This document shows positions 55,432 to 64,000 of a stretch of 64,000 nucleotides of DNA, one piece after another; positions within the stretch are counted from its first letter, which is position 1, and every line of letters begins with the position of its first letter. The notes beneath the pieces are model-generated. The model saw only the letters and a list, made by a program, of their open reading frames with translations. It searched no databases and was not told the origin of the DNA. The position numbers were made by a program, and so were the translations under genes. The DNA is from Vitrella brassicaformis CCMP3155 (lineage: Eukaryota; Protista; Chromerida), in NCBI GenBank assembly GCA_001179505.1, contig CDMY01000294.1, forward strand, positions 62,001 through 126,000, given 5' to 3'.

Positions 55432-56469
55432 CTTAAGCAGCTGAGAAGGGGCGTGTGTGCATGGCCCGAGCATCTGTACATAAATACACACAAACATACA
55501 CACATACACACAGACATGTATGTTTGTGTCGGTGGTTTGTGTCGGTGGTGGGCATGGAGTCCGTGTACAGTAAGTGCACTGGTGGGTGAAGGCCGTGGCA
55601 TGCTGTGAGGGGTCCGATCTCTGTGCGTATGTATGCATTGACATCATCAAGGGGGTGTCCATCAATGAAATCCATTCATCCGGTCGTTCACACAGGTGGG
55701 CACACAGCACCACGGAGGGAGGGAGGGATGGTACCTCCTCAATAACATGACGATGAAACACACACGACAGCCATGCCAACATACCCACCCACGCACAGTC
55801 ATCCCATCCCCACACACACACACTTTCATGGAGACAAAGAGGCTCCCAGCAGCCGAGAGCAATGAAGGAAACAGAGCCAGGCAAATACGGAGACGGCTGA
55901 CCGCACGTTAGTAAATGCAGCCAGCCAGCCAGCCAGCCATTAGCAGCGATATCTCTCTGTGTCTCTCTTCCTGTCTCGTTTGGCTGCTTGCTGGCTCCAT
56001 CCCACCCCCAGACAAAGTAGCTACCGTCCGTCCGATGGCGTCACTCACCTTAGTGACATCGACCGACCGACCGACACCACCCATGCACTGTCAGGCAGGC
56101 AGACAGGCAGGCAGGCAGGTGTAGATGAATCGGCACACTCCAAACAACCATCCAACCGCCACCTATCCCTTACTTATGCATGCCCACAGTCGCCCCGCCC
56201 CACCCCGCCAGGCCCCACCACGCCACACCACACCAGCCCAGCCCCCGTATATCTGTCTCTTCGGTGCCACGCCGCCATCTGCTGTGCACTTCTGCCTGCC
56301 TCCCTGCCCCTCATGTCGCTGAGCGTGAAGCCATGCAGCGCCACAAGTCGCCTCTTGACGGCTGTCTGTGGAGCAAGTGTGTGGTGTGTGATAATGTGTG
56401 TGATGTGTGGTGGGCAAGAGGCTCCCAAAACCACACACATCGCCCTCCCAAACCACACACATCGCCTGA

Positions 56470-56532
56470 GCCATCCGTTATCGATGGACGGGGTTTGTCG
56501 ATGCGACGTCCCGCCCATCGATAACGGATGGC
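56470..56532. other. 63-nt hairpin with a perfect 18-bp stem
   Basis: GCCATCCGTTATCGATGG (56470-56487) and CCATCGATAACGGATGGC (56515-56532) are exact reverse complements. Confidence 0.85.
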
Positions 56533-56811
56533 CCGGTGGCTGCGCGGCTTGTGTGTGCGGACTCTCGGGCCTTGGCCACCGCCACATACGCGCCCCACAG
56601 GCATGGCTGCACGGTGCTCACTGCTCCTCTTCACTCTGTTGTTGCTCCTCCTTCGCTTGCAGGCGCGAGGTCTCAGTCGATTGTGGGTGGCTTGGGGGCA
56701 GGCGGATTGGCAGCAGACGGGCGACAGTAGCTTCGAGGGCTGACTTCGACAACGTGAGGTGTGTGGCGGGCGCTAGGTAGGTAGCGGGGCGGGGCGAAAC
56801 GACTTGTGGGC

Positions 56812-57653
56812 TCAGATGATGATCTCGTGCTCGTCGATCTTGGCAGGGCCTTGGCCGATCTTGCAGCTGCCGATGACCCACTTGATGAGCTTTTGGATGG
56901 ACACGATGCTTAACCAGCAGCTGGTTTTGGCCTTGCTGATGGGCACGGCGATTTCGTCGATATCACCCGTGGGCATGTGGGGGGCGTCCGTGCTGATGGA
57001 TGAGGTGGACGGGTAGGGGCTGCCCTTGGCCGTGGGCTTAGCCCTCGAGGATGTCCGACAACTCATACGCACCCAGCTTGTGCAGCTCGGGAACCTGTGA
57101 ACAAACAAATGGGCACACATGAAGAAAGATACCGCCGGTGAGCCGTGGATGTGGCCCTTTCATGGTCTTCTGGCTGCAATTGTCTGGCTGACTATTTTAC
57201 CTCCAGGTTGCAGAACACACGTTTGGGTTCGCAGTGGTAGGCGTCTGAGGTCATCTTGGAATCCCTCCGCGGCCAGTATCGGCGGGTGGCCGGGTCGAAG
57301 GTGACCTCCATCGGCGTATGCCCTCGTAGCGGTAGTCTCCCGTCACGAATGGAGTGTTGCCCTCAGCCTTCCGCTCAGCCCAGAAATCATTGGCCATCTG
57401 CAACAACCAAACAAAGAAATCCAATGCAGAGACTCATGCATGCAGCCATTTTTTCGCATCTTCTCGCTTTGTGCAATGCCCACATGCATCCCCTCACCTC
57501 TCGACAGGCTAACGAGAGGTCAGGGGTGACCCTCCACTTATGCACACCATGCTCGGTGTCCTTCTTGAAGGGCCAAGGCAATATTAACGGCGTTACCATA
57601 TCACTGCTGTCCACATCGCTACTCACAGAGGACGCTCGCACGAGAAGATCCAT
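56812..57653 (-). pseudogene. Hypothetical gene with two compensating frameshifts
   Basis: Exons 57397-57201 (197 nt) and 57094-56812 (283 nt). The GC3-rich frame switches at ~57319 (-1) and 57040 (+1). Confidence 0.45.
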
Positions 57654-57877
57654 CTTGCGAAGCGAGAAAAACGACGAAAATGGGGGGCAGCTCTATGCAT
57701 CGAATTTGCACGGTCCAATACGAAGGGCCCGGATAGACATGAAGGCAGGTCAGCAACGCCGTAGGTGAGCAGAGGAAGACAAAGTGAGCAAAGATCTCCA
57801 TGGGTCTGATGAATGAGCGCGTGGCAGATCCCTGGCACTTGCTTGAGAGAGGCTTGTTCGGTCAGCGGCTGTGCGCA

Positions 57878-60830
57878 ATGGCGGCCTGTCTGCACTGGCT
57901 GCTCTTCTTTCCGGGTCTTCTCTCTTTGGTAGAGGCCGCAGATTGGAAAAGTGAGCGGCCTCAGAAACACACGAGTGTCAGATGTCAGTGCAGGACGGTG
58001 CTCTTCTCTTCTGCCGGCGTGCAGGGCACTCTCCATCTGACTTCCTGCTGAGAGGTCACATCCTATTTCGCGGTAGGTGACACCTGCTCTCCGAGATGTG
58101 TCCAACTGGCTTGCATTCTCATGATTGCGTTGTCAGGTCCTGACCAGCCGCTCCCTCCACCAACCTCTCCCAATGAAGATCCACCTGCCCCTGCCCTGTC
58201 CTCTTTTGTGCTCACTGTCCCCCATCACGGCCTGCTGCCACACGCACCTCGCCACATCCTGCCGGCCCCTTCGTCGTTGGGGCGAGAAGGCATTCAGTCC
58301 ATTGCATATGGCAGTCCACAGCTGTCAGAGCTGCCAGCGGAAGTACCAGAAGGCACAAGTGCTGCGGATGCAGCAATGGGGGCTGTGACTGAGTCGGCCA
58401 GGGAGATAGAGGTTGCCACGGAGGGCCCAGGGAGTGAGGCCGCGGTATGTCGTGAAATTCAGCATCAGAGACATGTACACGCGCTTGCTGTGTCTGTCTG
58501 TGGGTCTATATCATGCAGGTAGAGAGTGGGGCTCCGCCTGATGTCGAGTCCCCTGTGCCTGCTGACATCACATCTCCAACGATGGCGGCGGGTTCATCGA
58601 CGCCACCGCTTGAGACGGTCAGACGCGTAACACCATCGATTGGTGGTTCATGTCTCATCTCCGCTTCAGGTTCCGAGTGATCTGCCTACAGGTGGCCCGT
58701 CGTCACCACCTCTTCAGCCGACAGCGGCGGCGCCGTCAGCTGAGGGCCCTTCAGCAATCCCACTGGAGCCCGCCACAGTGACTGAAAAATCAGAATGAAG
58801 CATCCAGGCGTGTCTCATGCTCTTTGTCTCTTCTTCGTCTCTCAGGTTCCTGCCGACACTAGCGTTGCCCCGATGGTGACCGGCCCACCGACGGCGACTC
58901 CTTCATTTCTGCCGACAGAAATACCATCTCAGGCTCCTCTCAGCGCTACTGTAATCTACGCATCAAAGACATGGATGCATCCTGGGTGTGCCAATGAGAT
59001 CTCCATGGTTTCAGAGCCCCCCAATCGCCACAGAATTTCTCCCAACCACCGCTGTCCCCACGGCTGCCTCCATGCCATCTAGTCCTCCGGTGAGTGAATG
59101 CGGGCGGGCATTCGGTCGGTGGTGTGCATGCGTGTGATATGATATGTATCGTACAGGTCACGGTCACGGCCTCTCCAGTGCCGCTGGAAACTCTCCCTCC
59201 ACCCATCGTCCCAACCATTCCCCCACATGTCATAACCAGCCCGGCGCCGCCATCTCCAGCTGTGACGATGCCGCCTGTTCCACCACCACCACCTGTTCCA
59301 GCAGAGGTGCCCGCAGAAATGCCGACCACCAGACGGCCACAGGAAGCGCCTCCGCTCCCACCGGCCAGAGGGACGACGGCACGGCCCATCAGAGAAATGG
59401 CTACGGCAATACCGGCAAGTGTCGGCCCTACTGAGGCTGTGACGACTGAGATGCCGCCACGTGAGGAAAAGGAGGTGTTTGCACCGCCACCGCCGACGAG
59501 GGCGCCAACCGATATCAAGAAGGACTTGGGCGATGCGAACGACACCTTGGAGGCGCCAAAAGGGGACGATGTAAGTGAAGTGACGGTGGTGTTTTGTTTT
59601 CATCTCATGGCGTGCAATCAACTCAGGATCAGGTGGTTGAGGCGGCGGTTCATCTGGACTATCCCTTCGAAGACATAAAGGACCTCGGAGCATTCAAGGA
59701 AGAAGTGGCGATCGCCCTCGCAGAGGCGGGACACATATCGGTAGGAAGAGAGCAAGACACGGAGACGCTGATGGCTGACGTTGGATGCTCGAACACCTCT
59801 CCCGTCATTCAGCTGGATCGTATCATTGTCTTGGACGTCAAGCCGGGGTCCACTGTCGTCACTGTCGAGGTGGGCGATCAGCAGGCGGTCAACGCAACCG
59901 TAGTAGTCCGGCTTTGGTGTGTGTGTGTGTGTGTGTGGTGCAGATTCTTTCGCCCAACGACCCGGGCGAGCCCGACGCTGAGGGCGCCTTCCACTCTATA
60001 AGCCAGGAGTTGTCAGATCCAAACGCGCCCATTCATCAGGGCATCAAGGGAGACCTTTTCGCCAATGCCACCGTGGTCGAACAGCCTCACGGTGAGACCG
60101 AGAGACACTGAGACATGGACGAGAGACACAAACCACACTTGTCTGTTTGTTTGTCTGTCTGTCTGTCTGTCAGGAACTGTTGTTGACGAGGACACTCTCC
60201 CAGATCTTCCGACATTGCCGCCAGAGATAGCCCAACGAGTGAGTCATCCAGCGAGGGAGAGAGGGGGAGGACTGCTTACTCACACTCCATGCGGCGGTCG
60301 ATCGATGAATGGCTCATGTCCTGTGCAGGAAATGTCTGAGGATTTCCCCACGAGTGGAAGGGGGTGTCGCGACGGCCTCAAGTATTGTGACGAGTTGAAG
60401 GGATGTATCGGGGAGACACATAACTGTCCACATGCACAGACAAGTAAGAAGACGCCAAGACAGCCACGGCACTCTCATCTAGTTCAATCCTCCATCTCGC
60501 AGCCAAGGAGTCCACAGCGGCGCCCTTTCCCGACACTGGTGGGGATGTCCGTGTCTCCTCCATCACGGAACAGTTCGCAGACGATGATCCCTTCGATTGG
60601 GACGAAGCCACGCAGGGAGGTCAGGCACACGCACAGAGAGAGATACATGCATGCAGGCCAGACCAGCCCTCACCCAATTCGTGTGTCTCTCCTCTGCATC
60701 TATAATATCAGTGGCCAACCCTTATGTGGTTGGGGTCAACTGGAGGTTTCCCGTGGTCATTGGCTTGGCGGCGGATTCGCCAATGGCGGAGTCCGACAGC
60801 CGCCGGGGCGGGTGCGAAAGGGGAGGATAA
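57878..60830 (+). CDS. Secreted mucin-like Pro/Thr-rich protein with a SEA-like domain and a small Cys-rich module
   Basis: Signal peptide MAACLHWLLFFPGLLSLVEA, long P/T/S exons, SEA-like LDYPFEDIKDLGAFKEEVAIALAE..IIVLDVKPGSTVVTVE, and CRDGLKYCDELKGCIGETHNC. The early exons join in phase. Confidence 0.6.
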
Positions 60831-61333
60831 GAGGGGGGAGGGGATAGAGCTATGTTGATTGAGTGTGGTGTGTGGCGGGAGAGCCATCTGTGTGTTGTGC
60901 GTGGATGGATGGATGGATGGATGCGCGGCATGTGGTCGTCGTCAGCGTAGACGGACTCATATATCGCACGGTGTGTGCATTGCTCATGGTCGAATTAATT
61001 GCACTTGAAGCACCTCTCCCTTCAGTGAATTGGTTGGCATCTTGAAGTAAGTCACGCATCCATCGAGTCCTCCCTGCGCATATCGCGGTCAAGCCTGAGC
61101 ATTGGTACACGCCGTGCGACAAAGGACAAGGTCGGCTGTGTGTGGATCACACCCCGACCTCAAGGTTTGTCTGTCGACGCACGCACACGCACACGCATGC
61201 CCGAACGGCCTGACTGACCATGGAGTGGTAGCCAGATGGAACGAACACGGAGAACAAACAAGGGGAAAGAAGAAAAAACGAGATAGATGTTTGAGCCGAA
61301 AACGCCACGCCGGTGCGTGTGGAGAAATAAAGG
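60805..61333. repeat. Direct repeat copy A (>=529 bp, runs into gap)
   Basis: Matches 63362-63870 with small indels and SNPs. Confidence 0.9.
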
Positions 61334-62011
61334 NNNNNNNNNNNNNNNNNNNNNNNNNNNNNNNNNNNNNNNNNNNNNNNNNNNNNNNNNNNNNNNNNNN
61401 NNNNNNNNNNNNNNNNNNNNNNNNNNNNNNNNNNNNNNNNNNNNNNNNNNNNNNNNNNNNNNNNNNNNNNNNNNNNNNNNNNNNNNNNNNNNNNNNNNNN
61501 NNNNNNNNNNNNNNNNNNNNNNNNNNNNNNNNNNNNNNNNNNNNNNNNNNNNNNNNNNNNNNNNNNNNNNNNNNNNNNNNNNNNNNNNNNNNNNNNNNNN
61601 NNNNNNNNNNNNNNNNNNNNNNNNNNNNNNNNNGAGGATAGATAGAGAGCCATTACAAATTAACACACGGTCAGCTAGTCAACACATACATACAACATAC
61701 ATACCACACGCACCCACCGCCCGCCCACCGCCCGCCCGTCTCTCTCTGCGTGCGTGGTTTGCTTGCGCGACTGACTTGTCGGTCGGGCCCTTTTGCTCTC
61801 TCATTGGATTGGTGTGCCTGGCTGCCTTTCCCTGCCTGTTGGTTGGAAATGGCAAGACACCCACACCACAGCTTTCAGGGCGGCCAAGCCATACACGAAC
61901 TAGGCAGCATAACACACATACACGTACACTCCGTCACCAGCACAAACAAACCAGCACACCCTACGCCAGAAAGGTCTTACTTATGTGGGTGGGTGTCACT
62001 GTTCGGCCTCA

Positions 62012-63068
62012 TTATTCTGTGCCAGTGAGTGCATGAATTAGGTACTTCTTGATCTTGGCGAGATGCCCCACCTGGCTAATGGCCAGCTGCCGAGCTATGA
62101 AGGGCGTGTTCTTCAGGTCATGACCAAAGTACGCCTGGTGGACCCACGCACATCACAACACACACCCGACAATGAATGTCATCCATGTGGCTGGCTGACT
62201 GTCTGCCGGTCGTTGCATGAACCACACCACACCACACCCACACCCACACCCACACCCACCTGGCTGAGCATCGTGACGGTCGTGCGTCCGTGTCCGGTGT
62301 CGTCGATCACATACGCGCTCAACTGATCGATCCACCACACCACACAGCATACATAGCACACACACATTCACACAGAGAGCGAGAGGGTGGGTGTGGGAAC
62401 CAGTGTGTGGGAGGGCGGCTCATACGTTCAAGTGAGGAGGGGAAATTTTCTCGTTGACGGTATCTTGGTCCGTAGTAAGCCCCCACAATGATATCCATCT
62501 CTTGGATCTTGTCTATCAGGTCTCTGTGGGCCTGCAGACCCTCGACAAGGGTAACCCTACAGTCAGAAACGTGAAAATCCCGCCAGCGTCGGTGCTCTGT
62601 GTGTGGGGCTGCTGCTGACCTCTCCTTTGGCACCTGTGTGGCGAATGAGCTGATGCACTTGACCCATGTAATGGATGGACCGGGCCGCACCCACAGAGCC
62701 AAACACGGGCCTGCGGAGATGGACAAACATGGGAGAGGGAGGGGGTCAGAGAGAAGTTCCGCAGAGGCCAATTGGTCGGCGCATAGCAAAGCCCTCATCG
62801 AGAGCAATCCTCTGGCCCCCGAATAAGCCTCCGGGTCGTGGCGCAACACGCCATCTCGACCTGCACACACAGACAGACACGGACACAGAGAGAGATGTCA
62901 GCTCACTTGTCCTTCTGGCTGCTCCTGACTGCGTGTATGGCCTTCCCGAGAGCCTCTCTGCGGAGATCTGTCGGTTTGTGCGCCCCTTTGCCCAGCGCGT
63001 CTAAGCTCGCAACCCTACACCCTGAACCCTAAACCCTACGCTCTCTGCTTTTGAGGGCTTTTTCCCAT
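62012..63068 (-). CDS. Gene or fragment with a START/SRPBCC-like C-terminal end
   Basis: The last two exons splice in phase: LSAYVIDDTGHGRTTVTMLSQ|AYFGHDLKNTPFIARQLAISQVGHLAKIKKYL..*. The upstream exons could not be phased consistently. Confidence 0.3.
63011..63039 (-). repeat. Four degenerate telomeric repeats (G4 consensus); telo-box AAACCCTAA at 63104-63112
   Basis: The minus strand reads GTAGGGTTTAGGGTTCAGGGTGTAGGGTT. Confidence 0.75.
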
Positions 63069-63268
63069 TGCAAGGGGCGGCGAGGCGATGGATGTGCTCA
63101 GCTAAACCCTAATTATGCGTAGGGTCTGCGAAGTTCGCGAATGCGCGTGTGCAGGAGTGCGCAGCACGCAGGAAGGCACCTTCCCACACACGGATGTGCG
63201 CAGGGGAGGGCTGTGTGTGCAGAGAGGGAGGGAGGGGGCGTGCACTGCGCATGTGCCCCTCTCTCTCC

Positions 63269-63301
<33 letters not shown>

Positions 63302-63361
63302 TGTGTCGATGTGTGTGTGTTCATGCCTGCCTGCCTGCCTCTAAGGTTGCGTGCGCTCTTG

Positions 63362-63870
63362 GGGGCGGGTGCGAAAGGGGAGGATGAGAGGGGGGAGGGG
63401 ATAGAGCTATGTTGATTGAGTGTGGTGTGTGGCGGGAGAGCCATCTGTGTGTTGTGGATGGATGGATGGCATGTGGTGGTCGTCAGCGTAGACGGACTCA
63501 TATATCGCACGGTGTGTGCATTGCTCATGGTTGAATTCACTGCACTTGAAGCACCTCTCCCTTCAGTGAATTGGTTGGCATCTTGAAGTCACGCATCCAT
63601 CGAGTCCTCCCTGCGCATATCGCAGTCAAGCCTGAGCATTGGTACACGCCGTGCGACAAAGGACAAGGTCGGCTGTGTGTGGATCACACTCCGACCTCAA
63701 GCTTTGTCTGTCGACGCACGCACACGCACACGCATGCCCGAACGGCCTGACTGACCATGGAGTGGTAGCCAGATGGAACGAACACGGAGAACAAACAAGG
63801 GGAAAGAAGAAAAAACGAGATAGATGTTTGAGCCGAAAACGCCACGCCGGTGCGTGTGGAGAAATAAAGG
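63362..63870. repeat. Direct repeat copy B
   Basis: Matches 60805-61333. Confidence 0.9.
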
Positions 63871-64000
63871 CAAGCAAGGCAGCACTTATGAATTCTGCTA
63901 GCTAGAGCTATCAATCTATGCACGGCGGCCAAAATCGCCCACTCTCGTTTGGTCCCGATGGGTGGTGCATGTCTGTCATGTGCGGGGCAAGAAGCACGTC

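Larger units (their letters stand above)
25902..61633. other. Six 300-N scaffold gaps: 25902-26201, 30107-30406, 47024-47323, 47827-48126, 50819-51118, 61334-61633
   Basis: Each run is exactly 300 N, so the lengths are placeholders. Confidence 0.95.

Noticed and set aside
56470-56532. SECIS element for the TGA in the upstream frameshifted gene
   Set aside because: It lacks the AUGA/GA non-Watson-Crick quartet, and codon bias favours frameshift decay over selenocysteine.
60805-63870. Intact LTR retrotransposon
   Set aside because: There are no TG..CA termini, no PBS/PPT and no gag, RT or integrase motifs in the interior.

Overview
Eukaryotic, GC-rich, intron-rich genomic DNA whose introns are packed with (CA)n, (TG)n, (GACA)n and (GGAT)n microsatellites. 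The style suggests a chromerid alveolate such as Vitrella brassicaformis; this is inference, not a database result. About 17 multi-exon genes or gene remnants were spliced by hand. Well recognised: DBP2/DDX5 helicase, COG7, an SLC35E3-type nucleotide-sugar transporter, PUF60, MED31, a macrodomain protein and a Frag1/DRAM-type membrane protein. Less certain: a protein with NZF zinc fingers, a UIM and a P-loop kinase, an Sfi1-like repeat protein with a tandemly duplicated exon+intron unit, a very large WD40-like protein, a mucin/SEA-like secreted protein, an F-box-like protein and several hypotheticals. Repeat islands lie at 29.3-31.5 kb, 45.9-50 kb and 60.8-63.9 kb. There are six 300-N assembly gaps. 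No tRNA, rRNA, CRISPR array or intact transposon was found. The main leads are CA...UG polarised introns lacking polypyrimidine tracts, a candidate poison exon in DBP2, a PUF60 with a U2AF65-like N-terminus, a palindrome array with a compensatory change, a perfect 18-bp hairpin and telomere-like G4 motifs. Exon boundaries were derived by eye and may be off by a few bases.
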